Origin: Yuukianura sp. NJ FZ-2021
Taxonomy: Eukaryota
Reading direction: 5' to 3'
Assembly (NCBI GenBank): GCA_046563655.1
Contig: CM102286.1
Coordinates: forward strand, 11,842,001 to 11,906,000
DNA length: 64,000 nucleotides
Under the pieces are notes generated by a model. It was not told the origin of the DNA. It searched no databases and was given only the letters and a program-made list of their open reading frames with translations. Numbering within the stretch: the first letter of the stretch is position 1; the number at the start of each line of letters is the position of its first letter. Made by a program: the position numbers and the translations under genes. This document shows, piece after piece, positions 48,001-64,000 of this stretch.

Positions 48001-51000
48001 TTTTATATTACTTTTGCTATAGTTGAGTAACTTTTGAAAAGTTTCCCAATGCAGCAAGAAAGCATTTTTTTAAGTTGACACCAGTTGACATCAGTAAGAA
48101 TTTATTATTATGCAAAATATTGCATAAAAAATATATTTGTGTATGCAATATATAAAATAGTAAAATAAAATAAATAATAACATTATTCAAGAATTCAATT
48201 TTTGCAATTATTTTGCCCGGTTACTTTAATATCATAATTTGTTGTTAACGTTAATGGATTCGGACATGACGAGTAATTACGTGAACTAGGAGAGCGTGAA
48301 ACCGTAAAGACAAAAACAATCCAAATTGTTTTTGACTTTGATTGATGACCACTTTTTTTCTGAAATCTCACTTTGGTCAACAAAATGGAATTTCCGACTG
48401 TTTCCAAGTTCTGACAAGTAGTAAAATGAAATTTCGAAACACATTTTTTGAAAGAAAATTAGTAGAGAAATACACTTCGCAAAATTAGCATGACATTAGT
48501 ACATGATATTCACTACAAATTTTCAGTTTCAGTTTGTTGAGAACTCGGAATTGAGTTTTTAGTTAAATATTTTGTTTTCTTATTCAAATTTTGAAACAAC
48601 ACCTCTTGTTCACCTCCAAACTTGCTTTTTGAATTTTTTGAACAACAATATTGTTTGAACACAAACAAGGTTCTTATTAAAATGTATTTTTGGCTCATTT
48701 TGAAGTAAATTATGATTGATTGAGACTCTCATTCATCACTTTCAAACCATTGGATTTGTATCGCAACAGAAACAAATGGAGAACTTTTACATCGTTTTGT
48801 GGTTTCAGTTGGTTGACGCCTACTTTAAGAAATTTTGTTCGGAGCCAAGGGAATACAAACCCCCCAAAGTAAACTCATGACTTTCCAAATGAATTGAAAC
48901 ATTAACCTTAATTTGTGTAATCCCTCAAAGTGTTGTTAGGGCGTGGTGACCACCGGATTTTGTTCGAGAAATTGTATATCCATTACCACAAATAGGCACG
49001 AGCTAGTATTATACACTCCACATTTCAAGTTACACGCCAAATTTTCAAAATTGGAAATCGAGATGTCTTCGAACCTTTGTGTTCTTTTGTAGGACACGCC
49101 ATGCTCCTGTCCTTACTTCCACTCCATCAAATTCCTAAGTGTCAAAGCGTTTTTTTGTGATGTTGTAGAATGAGAGGCTGATTCAAAAACGAGGTCAAAT
49201 GCACCTCAAAAATCAAAAATTTGGTTTCCAACAACAGCTACAGTTAACGTTTTTAAGTTTCAAGGGAAAAAAAGAAGGAAAAATCTTTCACTCTCACTTC
49301 TATAATAGAAAACTGCGACAATTTGTTAACAAAAGTTTTAAAATTTAGCTTTTTTAAATCAAAAATTTTGTCGCTTGAAGATATTTTTTTTATACCTGCA
49401 ATGGTTTTGTCCTTTCCAATTGTTTTACATTGAAAATCTTGTTGACATTCTGTTGAATTTTGATATTTTAATTTGCTTCCCTGGGGGAATGTTGGCAGTT
49501 TTTTGTAGTCAACAAATTAAACGGTTAATTTGAATTGCTAAAATGAACATATTGTAAATTATTTAAAATGAAATATGGCTGATTTTGAAGCTGAGACTTG
49601 TCAGCATGGGAAGCCTCTCGTAAAACGAGATTCGAACAATAATGGCCACGAAATGTTGAAAACTGCCTACGGTGATTTGTAAAGTCCCAGCTAAAAAGTC
49701 AATGCAAATCGCGATTTAAAGGCGTGTCAACGCTCTTCTGAATATAAAAACCCTCCAGGAACTTTCTTTTTTGACAAATTGAGACATAAAATTCTGAACG
49801 TGTTAAAAGGAAGTCCAACCAGGCTGACGCAAAGGGAAAAATGTGTCGCTGTGATTCTCACGTTCCGGTTCAAAGGCCAAAAACACCACACAAAGCAAAT
49901 GATAATTGGATTGACTTTGAAGGTTTTTGCTAAGGGAACACAAAAGCCACAGTTGGGGTTACACGGTTCTTCTCTACAGCCGTTTTGTTCTTGTTCTAAA
50001 TAATACAAAATGTTTTTCTGCACAACAAGATCAAAACTTGAACTTTTGAAGAACAAAAAAATGAAGGGTTAGGTTTCCAAATGGAAGTCATGCGGATTAC
50101 TATTCTTCGGATTCCTACCGGGAACAATGCACGGAGTTAGAAAGGTGTTCATCTGTAAAGAAGTAAAACACAACAAGAGATCACCGGGAAAAGCTCTTGT
50201 TCTCGCCTTTTTCAAAAATGGATTTAGAATAAAAGCAAATATTTTCAAAAGACTTCTGAAGTGACTGGATGCTGGCAAAAAAAAAATACAGAAGAAGTAC
50301 GTGCACTTACAATTTTTTTTCTTTGAATTTAACAGAAAAGTCGTTTGGTGATTAAAATTATTGAGACTTCTGACCTAAATGAAAATGAATATTAACATAT
50401 TATAAAAATAAGATTCAAAATCCATTAATGTAAACCATTGAATTAGTACATGAGTTAAAAAATATGTTCGAATACTCGAAATTTTGAAAACGGGTTTTAC
50501 ACTAGGGAAAATTTTTTACACGAATTCTAGTTTTTTGGTTTTTCATGTGGTTTTAAGCTGATTCTTCAACGTTTGGTAGAACGCTGAAACTGAAAAGGTA
50601 TTCAAATGAAACAAAACATTTTCTGGGATATGAAATCTGTTTTTTTTGAAATTTTACCGTTGTTTTTTTCCTCAATTTATTGTCTAAATTTTTTTTGTTA
50701 ATAATTGTAGTGTTACGGAAATCTTTGACTACGTCATGCTGCTGTTGAAAAGGCGATTTGTGACCGCACGCTTTTTTTTCTTCAAATTTTAAAGAACGCA
50801 GCAGGAACATGGAACGAGCCCTCAGTTATATTTTTTCAAACAAAGCTCTTAAGTTTGAAAGAGAAGGTTAAAAGTATTCCCGAAATTCCCATGCTCTATT
50901 TACCTGCTAATATTTTTTTGACTTTTGAAATTTGTTTGAACAAAAAAATCTTTGGCAGTTTTTGGGATCTGACCCCAATGATCTTCTGCTTTTCCCTGTG

Positions 51001-54000
51001 ACAAAAGTCCTCTTCCCATTCTCATCTATCACTATAAAATCCAAAGGGGGTCTTCTGAATCTCCTTAGAAATTGAAGGGATTGACATCTTGTTTGAACAT
51101 AACTTCAATTTCAACTTGTCCTTTCCCTTGTAACTACCATCTCATTCAGTAACGTTCTCAAACCCGCCGCTTTTTCAAAATTCAAACGAAGTCCAGAAGC
51201 TTCCAAGACTTTTTTTTGGACGAGGGGTTGAACTGACGAGACCCCCTGAGACCCTTGACTTTCTTCGACTCAGGTTCAGCTTCTCGTGGGACTTAATTTG
51301 CACAACCCTAAACTGTGAATTTGAACTTTTGATTGCCTAACCTAATCCTGTAACCGGATTTAGGTTAGGTTTTGTTCAGATTAAGTTTTCTGGTTGGGCT
51401 ATTTTGTCCGGGAGCTTTGAATTTGATACTCACTGGAAACTGATACTTCGGCAGTATAATATTTTTGACTGTTTTTATTTTGAAATCAAACGTAACCAGT
51501 TGTAACTGCAGACTTGTGGGATTAAATCTAGGGTGGAGCCCTTTGACTTTATTGGCAAGCACACACTACTAATTTAGCGTGTGAAATTTACTGCCGTTGG
51601 AATTGTCAGTTATGTATGTATGTTAGGGTAATCTGACACTTCAGGGACATCGTAACGCCGCTCCTTACAAAAACATAAGAGCGAGAGCGGAATATTGAAT
51701 TGAGCGGATTACAAACCTTTAGCCTCTCAACGTAATGGGTCAGGGTTAAATTACATTGTTTTAACAACCAATCAAAGTTAACCTAATGACGATTTATGGT
51801 GTTGCGCAGGCGCAGCTTAAAATTAAAACAGCGAAAGCAATGAAAATCGAAAAAACTCAGTTTATAAAGAATTTCAACCGTTATGTGAAAAAAAAAAACA
51901 TTTGACCGAAGTCCAATATTTTTTCGTTTTATGGAGTCGAAAAATTTCGAAGACTTTGCTGCTTTTTTGAATTTTGAAGCAAATTTTCCGTTTCAAGTGA
52001 CGATCAGGAACAAAAATCTTGGTATTTAATTCACTTTCACTTTTTAGAATCTGTTTCCAACTCTACGAAAAAAAAATGGATTTCGAAATTTCCAATTTTG
52101 GGAACTACGTCCGTTGATGATTGACGGAATTTTGAGTGATAGGTTCGTCTTCATTATCTAAACAATCCAAGTTAACAAAACCATGAACAGATTAATTATT
52201 TTTCAGAAATGAAAATTGTTTTTGTTTCGCTACGCACTGTGCGCATAGAATCAAATGAGCTTGACTTGGTTTTTAGGAGAGAGGGGGATGAAAAGTTTTC
52301 TTTTTAGAATTGTGCACCCCCTTAACAGTTTAAGGGTTAAAGTGTGTTCTAAACATAAATACATTTTACTTCCACTACGTTGAATTCATTTAGAAGAGGG
52401 ATGATTCTGGTTGTTCTAATTGACTGACAGCATCCCTCTTCCAACGTTTATGCCGACGCCTGGACTTAAGGGCTCATGAGGGAGATGTTATTCGTCCAAA
52501 AGTATCATGTTTATGTAATTCCCTTCAAAATAACATTTCGCACTGTGACTAAACCGTGTGGAACGTTTTGAGAGGACCCTTAAGGCCTTAAGCTTGACTC
52601 CCATGCGATTCAAAACATTTCCAGTGACAGAATTACTTTTGCTCGATTTACCACTTTATTATGTTGGACAGATGCTTCATGGGATCAAAACAAATTATTC
52701 CCAAGTTCAAGTTCAGGATTCAATGCACAATCGGGACAATGAAAGCGACGCAGTTTGCAACTTTTTGTTGTTTCGCTTGTAACATTGTGTTCACCTCAGA
52801 AGTTCCCACAAATCGGCTTTAGTCACATTTGAAAAAAAAATCAAACCAAAATTTTTGTTTCTAAGTCCTCTCCTGAGCCCTTAAAAGCAACACTGCTTAA
52901 CAAAGAGTTGGGGAATTAGGTTGACACTTACGATGAAAGCAGCGGAGCGGATCATAATTAGTAGTGACACTTATGAATCATCTTGTACTAGGGTTCGGTC
53001 AAAGGTCACCGAAAGACTTCCAGCACATATTTTCAAATACTTTCTTTTTTACCTTACAAACATAAAGGTGTTAAGAAAATTCTTTTTTAAGAAAGGAGAT
53101 TAATGACATTTGTTTGAACAAAAACTAACTTCAAGATGCTAGGCAAAACGTCTAGGTTGTGGCATAATGACTTTTACGCCTGTCTTATCCTAACATGGCT
53201 CTTTAACTACACTCAAATAAGTATAATTCTTTTCAGTTTTTTTTCAATCTACCTCAAAATTTCAACAATTGTTTTGAAAATTTTTGTTTTGTTTGAAAAA
53301 CAAACATTTCAACTGGATAAGCTAACATTTCTTACATTCTATATCCAGGTAACGTTAACGTTTCACAGAAGATATAAAAAAAAATCACGGCAATGTTGAA
53401 AATGCTATGAAAGCAATAGGAGTGACTGAATGTTTTTGTGGTACCGATGCATCTTATCCTCTCAGTCTTGTATTAAAGTAACATTTGCTAATGATTTTCA
53501 AATGACTTTTTCCATCGACATGTTACAAACTTTCAAAAAAATGTTTTTGAGACTTTGAAATGTGCTACATGAAACTTAATTTATGAACTACAAGTTTATT
53601 GCCATGGATCCTCCCAGAATTTTAAGATTTCTAGCTACCGTAGAAGATCATAAGAAAGTTCACACGCGTTTTGAAGCAGGATTTAGGATTTTGGCCAAGG
53701 AAACTTCTGGTGTGAGTGACAAGCAGTAGACCAACCGGCGTTTAAGCCTGAAACATCTTCTTCTGGAAGAGTGACAGATTTCAGGTCAGAGGCAAAGTGA
53801 TCTTCTTAAGGACCCCACCCTGTACTCCTGCCAAAAGAAAGATCAATGGACCAAAGGGAGCCCTTGGCTTAGTAATTTTCGGAACAAGAACTCTCCTGTC
53901 CCGTTCTAAACTTTTGGACAATGTATAAAACTCAAGGGCTCCCTTTCCTTTTGTTTTCAAGGGGTTCAAATGAGAAGGCCAGGAAAATGATGATGATGTT

Positions 54001-57000
54001 TTGATGGGAAATGTTGTAAAAATGTACAAATCTCTTGTTTCTAAATGAGGAGGAAAGGTTGTTAAGTCATAAAAACATTTAGGAAGTGACCGCCCAGTGT
54101 GAAGATGACTTCCAGAACAACGTACAGGGGACCCTTAAGGATCAAAATTCAAAAGAAACGCTTTGGATGAAAGTGTCTTAAGCTCAAGATTTATGGCAGT
54201 GTGCCTTCCAGGACATTCCCTTGTTTCAATATCACTTCATTTTTCATCACTTGAGAACTTTGACTATGGTAGCGTCCTTTTGTTCACATTGGTGCTTGAT
54301 TATTCACACGCTTCTTTGACACGATACTCCCCGCAGCGGAAAACTTCAAACTTTTTTCAATTCAAAATGTACGTTGAAAAGTGTCCAACCCCAAAAATTG
54401 AATGACTGGGACGACAACTTAACTTCCTCCTGCTGTCAATTTTCAATTAGTTGCAAATAGTTTTTTCAACTACAGTTGAACAAAAGTCAATGACTCTGAA
54501 CATAGTTGACTGAAGTAGGACTAATGCCCCAGTCAGGCCCTTGACAGGAGTAGTGCCGTTGTTATTAATTGGTTGCTCTTAATCTTATTTAAACTGTCAA
54601 AGTGGCCACTGTGCTTCAAAATGTTCAACCATATTTTAAAACTCGTGATTTGAGTATGCCATGCCAGGAGACTAAGACTAAATGTTGAATAAATTTAAAA
54701 AGTAGTGTTGAAGGTGTAAAGATTTCAATAAGTTTAATAGTGCTTAGTCCGAGATTGAAAAATGTCACTTCTTAGTAGGATATTTAAGTTACGGTTGAAT
54801 GAATTTTAGTTCCTTGGGATCAAAAAATATAAATTCACTTTGTCTCTTTTTTTGGTTTAGAACATGTACTAATGTACCCTAATAAATTTAAGGGATCATA
54901 GGACTAGCAATATGTCGAGGAAGAATGTTCGCAGTATGCTTGATTTTTAGATTTATCTCACCTGCTTTGAATCGATTAACATCAAATCTTAGTTTTTAAA
55001 CCAAAGTGGGCACTTATTTTGTAGCACCTCAAAAAAAAGGAAAAAAAGACTTTTTCGAAAACTGTCTTTTTAACTTTGTTTCACGCCTGAAAATTTAGGT
55101 CCGGTTAAATAGATTTTGATAAAAATAAAATTTGAGAAAGGATAAAATATTATTTCATACAATGCATATTATAAACTTCATATTATACGCTGCATATTAT
55201 GATACAAATCGTATACTTTGCATACGTGGTTGATTCTAAGCTTAGTGAAATTGATCTCTTTGGTTTTTGGATCCCTTAAGGGTCATGACCCCTGGGACTC
55301 AAGTCCTAATGTATCGACGTCATTACTTATTTACCCATGTCTTATTACTCATTTCTCCATGCATAAAGAAAGTATTAAGAAAATCACTGTCTCAAAATGT
55401 TCTTACATGCCGTTCACATTTTTAAACCTCTGCTCCTTTAAGGTTGTCAGTTCAATTTTTATTAGCTGTGAAAATTATCCAGGATTTCTTAGCCCCATGG
55501 AGGGACTCAAGGGGGTTGGAAATTGTTTTTCTCTTTTGAACATGCGCCCTTGGTCACGTCAAAAGTTAGCCTTTAATGGCGAAAAATTTAGAAGGTAACG
55601 CACATCCTTTTGGTTTTTAGTACGACAGTAATATTACAACCCCATGCTGACAAAAATTGACACAGAAACGGGTAACTACGCTCAAGAAAAAAGTTTTCGA
55701 AAAGAAAATGTTTTTGAAAAAATATTTTACGCCTTCATGCAGTGCCCCTTAAAGTAACCCCTTGTGTTGAGCAATCATGAGAATTCAAATTGTGCAATTT
55801 TGGTTATTATTGTTAGTATTATTATGGAAAAAGGGTTTTTTCATGGTTCAGTAAATAATGAAGAAATTTTTCAAAAAACTTTTCTTTTTCAATTTTCTTT
55901 TGAAACTGAATGGGCTGGAAGTGGAGTTAAGGATGCCTTTGGAATAGGATTTATTAGGAAGTTTTCTTTTTGAGCAAAAAATGTGTGACTTGGTTGCAAC
56001 GTTTTCAAAGGTTTACAAAAGCGCCGATTTCACGCTCGATCATGTGCAGATGTGTTTGTTATGTCTTCATCCTCCTTGACAAGATTTGCTGCAGTTACGT
56101 TAATAAATAACTTCGTTTAAGGGGTGAATTTTTTGCATTTTACTTTTAAAATTTACCGCTTTTTCGAAAACCCAAAAAGGACTAAAATGTCTCTTGTGAC
56201 CTCTTTACAAATTTTTATCCTTTTCAATTGCCCTTCTGATTTATTTGACAACTACTATAAAAAATATGGACAAAACAATTAAAAAAAAGAGAGCTTTTAT
56301 ATAAAAAAAAAGTCAAAATTTTTTTGATATTTTTCATGGTAAAAAAATTATATACCAAACATTAACGCATCATCTTCTATGCCTTGCCTTGTTCATAGAT
56401 TTGCATGTTCAAAAATTACGTAATCACGATTAGGATGGAGTAGAATAGGTTTCTATAAACAAGAACAATTAGAAAGTCGAAAAATTTCAATTATATGTTT
56501 TATTTGCACTAAGATAATTAATTCCTTTCACAATTACTGTTTACTTGTAAATTTTTGAATATTGTGCAAAACAAACATCAAATGAGTTTTGTAATTGTAC
56601 CCGTTTTAACCTAGGTTTAGTATATCTCCACAGGAGGGGTAGGTAGCATACCTGTCGCCAATGTCGCTAAGTCCTCCGTTTCTGTTTCTATTGTCACGAA
56701 CTAGTCGTTTGTAAGAAGCCAAAAGCCGCTACAGCTTCCATCTTTCAAATATTTATCCCATGCATTGTTCCCAAAGCAAGTTTTTCCAAAAACCCCATTG
56801 TCAGTTGTCACCCGGTCTCTGACAACTTACTTTTCGGCTAAAGTTGGCCCTTCATCTCTCCTAACCTAACCTAAACCTAACCTTCATCTGCGCCACATTC
56901 TTCCATTCCCTTAGCATTCGTCGTCCCTTCACCACAGATTCGTAAATCGTAATACCTTAATGCGGATTTAAGTCCGGAGTGTACAGAAGAGCCAAAGCCA

Positions 57001-60000
57001 TGTGAATGAAGCCATAATTGAAAGCAATTCTCCCAAAGAGTTCTAAAGGGGGAGCCCTTAAGTCCTAGAAAAAACAGGGTGCCTAGCGTAACCTTTGCAG
57101 TGGGGGCCCTTTTAGTCTCCGAATTTCAAACAAAACTGAAAACTTATTACCGGTATTATGGCTTTGAAGAAGAAAAAGTTGCTTTTGCGTGCTCTACCAC
57201 CATCAAAACATGGGAGAATAATATATGCCTAATTTAACAAAAGGCAACTTTTTTCTTACTTTCTTTCAGGCTTTTCAATAATAATCGCTTCGGTGTTGGT
57301 ACAAACACATCCATACACAAGTTTAAGGGCTCTCCCTTGACACAAGGGGACCCTTACACACAATTGAGAAGTTTAGCACACCACGTAGGTGCAGCAGGAT
57401 GGTGGTGGTAAAGCGTTTTTTTCAGTTTTTAAAAATGGGAAACCATTTTCGCTCTCTTTCCTGCTCCTCTTTTATAGTTTTGAATTTAAAAAAAAAGTTG
57501 AACTGCGTCCGCGTCCTTTTCAAATAAAGTTTTTTGAATCTATTCAATTTAGACATCAAAAGTGAACGTTTCCTGGTCTGACAAGTTTTCCATTGATGAA
57601 AATGTATTTATCATTTGATGCCTAGGAGGTTTATGGAATATAGAACAGTTTTAGAATGGGACTTTCTCATCGAAATAAGAGCTGTTTGTGAGTATAAACA
57701 ATGACAAATATTTATCAACTCGTCAAGGGCCGTTCTATTTCCATTTGGACAGTGTCAAAAGTCCCTGAGAACGAAACACTTTCCTATTGTCTTTGTCAAT
57801 GGAAACTACTTTTCAAAGGCCCCTCCAAATCCAGGGTCTTAATTTATTTTCATTTGTGGTTGCATTCATTTCGTAACAGTCAAGCGACGCTGATGAAGTG
57901 TCAATGGAAGTGTCTTACGATTTTAGCACTGTAGTTTCTCGGATGAGAATTAAAACTAATTGTCATAATATAAAAAACAGAAATCTGCAAAAAAAAAAAC
58001 ACTTCAAAAACAGATACAAAACAAAGAATTTGATTTGTTTTGTATCTGTGGAAAATTTTGCTTTTTGTCATAACCGCTTGGCTTTCAAAATCTGTTTGCG
58101 TAACTTGTGCATAGCAGAGTGACCTGTCAATTTCTTAAGCTGTACTAATTGAGACATTTATGACACTTGTTGGATTGGTCTTATATTTTATGTTTACAGT
58201 TTATTTGAAAGTTGAGGTAAGGAGAATGAGATGGCCAACCTGAAGGGCCCACCCCCTTGATTTGTTCCAAATAGAAATTTTTACAACCGGGGTCTAATAT
58301 AACTTTATTGTATTGACTTTTGTACTGTATGGCTATTTTCTCAAGAAATTCAAAATTTACCACCCCTGCAGTAATAGAACACTGCAATTCATTCAACAAA
58401 ATACCGCTCAGGATCTTGACCTTTTGGTGGATGGTAGGTGAAACAAAGGCTGTTCTGAATTTACAACCAAGGCGTGCGATCTAAATTTTCTGTTTACTTG
58501 TAATAAATTTGGAAATTTTGGAAAAAGGCAATTTCAATTATACAGAAAAGATTTACGACGATTTACTGCTGTGGCCCGTGCTACCAACCGCACGCTTTAA
58601 ATTTTATGCACAATCTAGAACGCAGTGAAGAGAAAGTTAAACCAAAAACACTTTCACCGGTGGTTAAAAAATTTTCTACGTCAAAAAATTTCGAAAACGC
58701 CGCGGTCGATACTACGATATGCCAAAAAAATACTTTTTGGTATTTTGGTACTGCTACTTTTGTGTTACGCTACAATGGGTTTTCGGTTATGAATGTTTTC
58801 CATTTGGAACAAAAAGTGTTGTGGGCATTTAAGAGTTTTCAAAACGTAAAAAAGGAAGATGAAAGTGACATGGGAAAGCTTTGGAAGGTCAATTGATGAT
58901 GATGGATCTCTCTCGTTGGCCTTTATTTTAAACATGATGAATTTGACGTTATTTTAAGTCATTTCTTTTGTTTGAAAAAACTTTTACCGCCAGTTGCACT
59001 TTTGAAACGTTCAAAACAGTAAAGAGTTAAAAACCTTATTCAAACCGCCCAACATTTTAAAACCACAATAAGAATTCCCTTCTGCGTCATTTCCTTGAAA
59101 CGGCGAAGCGTCAACTGTTAATGTCAGCGCTGTTGTTTCCTTTTCCAAAATTTAAAAATTTCCCTTCAATTCTCCCAGCGCCAAAAGTTTCTTTAGAAAT
59201 TTGTTTAGAAAAATGACCAAAACGCAGTTGAGATATCACAGAAGAGCGTTTTTGGGTTTTCAAAGTTTTCAAAACTTTGAAAAAGGAAGAAAGGAGGCGG
59301 AGTTTTTCATGCTCTGAGAGTCGATGATTGATCTGACGAGGAACGATGAAGCCAAAAACGTTGAACCAAAATTTTTTTTTTTGAATTTTCCAAGAAGTCC
59401 CGCTGAGGTCAAAAAATCGTTGGGGGAGAAAACAGTTAGTTGTGTCGGAAAGTCAAAGGCTTTAATTGTTAGTGTTAAAATGTTGTTGTTACAAACCGAA
59501 AGTGGAAAGATGAATAGTTGTATTTTTCCTTTTTGAAATTCTCCGCCTTTTGACTTATATGCCAAGGAGAAGTTAAGATGTTACGGATCCACATTTTGTC
59601 CGGGAATTTGAAAATTTTCAAAAGAAAACGAACTGTTGTTGTTGGGTGCTTTCCTTCAGAACATTTATTCTAAAAAGTCAAAAGTCAGGGTGTTTTGTGA
59701 GTAAATATCCAGTAAGGGCTCTTTCGTCGTCGGTGTAGGTGGGGGATGAAGGGCCCTTAGGAGAGAAGGCCTATTGTTGTGCTCTTCCACTGACGGTTCA
59801 TGACAATTTAATTTTACTTGGGCTTTAAGGGGTCCAGAGGTTCCCTTGAAGATGACATTTGACTTAAGGGATGACTTCCCTGGGTGTCCATCCGAACAGA
59901 GTCAAGGAAATAAGGGCTTCGGTTGGGACACTACCGAAGGGACTATGATAGACGTGAAGGGAAGTCAAGGGTGAGAAATCCATTTCTTTGAAAAAGAAAT

Positions 60001-62147
60001 TTCGAAAATAAGTTTTCGTTTTTTTTCAATTGAACATCTTCCTCCGAAGACATCTTTGTTGAAAATAGGAGGAGAAATGTGAAGACTCGAAATTTTGAAA
60101 AACGAAATGTTCAAATAACGCAAAAACTTTTTTCGTTCTCTTTTCAACAAAAAAAAAGTCTGTATAAAGATGTCTCAGAAATTCCAAGATTTAAAATCAA
60201 TTGATGTGAATGTGTCCAAATTGATGTCGGATTTTTTTTTGTTCAAACTTCTTTTCTGTTAAACTGACAACTTTTGGTGTGTTGCCTCTAAAACTTCGAG
60301 TTTAGAGCAAACTAAACTTCCGTCTGGTTCATGTTTGGCCCTTAAATGTTGTTTTATTCAAAATTTCCCCTCTTGATCCGTGTGATTGTTACCGAGAAAG
60401 TTTTGGCGGTAGTTTGGTGGTGTGTTTAAAAACCCAAATCGATCCCCTCCTCAGTTCCGACTCAGTGGTCCACATCCCAGATATTATTGACATCATTATG
60501 GGAAATCAGGAGGGGACAAAACATCAACTTCAAAATCACAACTTTCACACGTCCGAAAAAAAAAAGATAGTAAAAACAAAAAATTTTGAACCTAGCAACC
60601 ATAATTCTTTTTGAATTTTAAGCCTTCGTAATAACTATAAAACTAGAGTTTCGGAAAAAATTGTCTAAAAATGTGTAGTCTAAAAAAAGTTTTTGGAGCG
60701 ACATATTTTTTTTTGGAGTAACGGCGGTGGCGACTGATTGAAGATTAAGTGTTTTCGGATTACCTGTAATTAAGCGTTGAAAGGTTCCACTTTTTCAGTG
60801 AAAAATGAAAATTGTGCCCCGCCCTTTCAAGACTTGGCGATGTAGGAGGTCAGCGTCGAAATTTAGGTTTTTAAGAAAACAAAACAAAAGGTGACCCCCT
60901 CCGCGTGTCCATAAGTACTTGTGTCTCCTCTTCATTATTGACCAAAGCTTTCAATTTCCAACAAGGTCAAAAGGTAACAATAACCAAAAGAAAACAAAAC
61001 GGAACCCTCATGTCGTTTTCATTGACAGTTTTTTTTTTAAGGAAAAGCCTATTTTTTGAAACCTACTTAATTGTTGCCAGCCCACACATTTCGAATTTGA
61101 AAGAAAAAGATAATCGCCGCATCAGTGGAGCTCCAAATGCAGAAGAATGGTTTTGATTGGCTAAGGGCCTCCCTGGACCCTTGTCAATGTCTGATTTCTG
61201 TAGGAAGACAATGGGAGAGGAAAAGTGACAATTTGACAATTGTGTATTTTATTAAATGTTGTGTTAGGAGTGACCCCTTGGCTTTTATTTCTTCCAGAAA
61301 GTGGAGCCCTTGAGCGTCTTCGTGTGACTGTGACCCTTAACATGTCACAAAAAGTAGCTTCACGCTTATTAACTTCTGTCACTCCCGTGTTCTTGTCGCC
61401 TGTTCTTGTCAACTGGTCAACTGACATCAAAGTAACTGAAAGAAGGGAGTAACTACTACAGCGCCGTACAAACATCAACACCATCGCACTACGTTATTTG
61501 AAAAATGGTGCAATACTCACCTCCAAACCATAAAAACTAAAGAAAATCTTAAGTAAAAATTTGAGAAGAGCAATTATTGCTGATCAAAATTCACGGCAGT
61601 GTATCAACGCCGTGCATTTTAAGTTGAGACTTTTATAAATATTGCAACTGTAGTTTCACATAGTTTCGCCAGGCGTAAACTTTTTTTGAAATTTGTTCTT
61701 TTTCTGAATTCTGAGATTTTTGGAGTTGAAATCAAATTCAATAAAACTTATTTTCTGCTGAAAATTGTGAATGCGAATGTTTATTTAAGAACTGTAATTA
61801 AGTACGTACAGTATTATGCACAGGATCAAATAACAATGATACACTAACCTTCCAAACTCGACAACCACAACCGAAACATGAAATTCCAAAAATTTTGAAT
61901 TTGAAAATTTCCAATTTCTCACATAAAACAAACTGAATTTTCTTTTATAGCAATGCGATTGATAATTTCGTGAGTTTTTATCCTTTTCTGAAATTGATTT
62001 TCATTTTAATCTCTTAAAAAGTGAATCATCTGGAAATGCCTTAGGTCAATTCGAAACTTAAAACTATTTTAATAAATAAACATAAAAAACGTGGAAATAC
62101 TGGTTCTGGTTTGGTAGCTGATTTTGACAAAAAGTTGACTTTTCTTT

Positions 62148-64000
<1,853 letters not shown>

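Noticed and set aside
42600..62100. Numerous 60-126-aa ORFs in the Lac-FoxG interval (and likewise in 1-10 kb)
   Set aside because: K/F/N-rich AT-driven composition, mostly non-ATG starts, no recognisable domains or consistent exon chains.

Overview
AT-rich eukaryotic genomic DNA with short GT-AG introns. The gene set points to an arthropod; a springtail-like hexapod is my guess from composition and intron size, not something I can show. Spliced genes reconstructed by hand: the 5' part of TRIP11/GMAP-210 (-), RBM25 (-), an Sp17-type RIIa + five-IQ protein (-), GLMP/NCU-G1 (+), a 246-aa Arg/Lys/Cys-rich HMG-box protein that looks like a protamine-type sperm nuclear protein (-; its HMG box is absent from the ORF track), an orphan DAP3/mRpS29 pseudo-exon, IK/RED (-), a candidate 75-aa 4-exon membrane micropeptide in the spliced leader of SLC35B2/slalom (+), TMEM216 (-), Lachesin (+) and the 3' part of a FoxG/slp-family gene (-). 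Mobile DNA: three hAT-type MITEs (8-bp TSDs), MULE-type MITEs, two nested insertions, and a ~3.6-kb mirror-symmetric foldback made of two inverted arrays of a 164-bp palindrome-bearing repeat just upstream of RBM25. 1-10 kb and 42.6-62 kb are essentially non-coding. No CRISPR array, rRNA or tRNA was seen. Protein identities come from my recall of family motifs, not from database searches.
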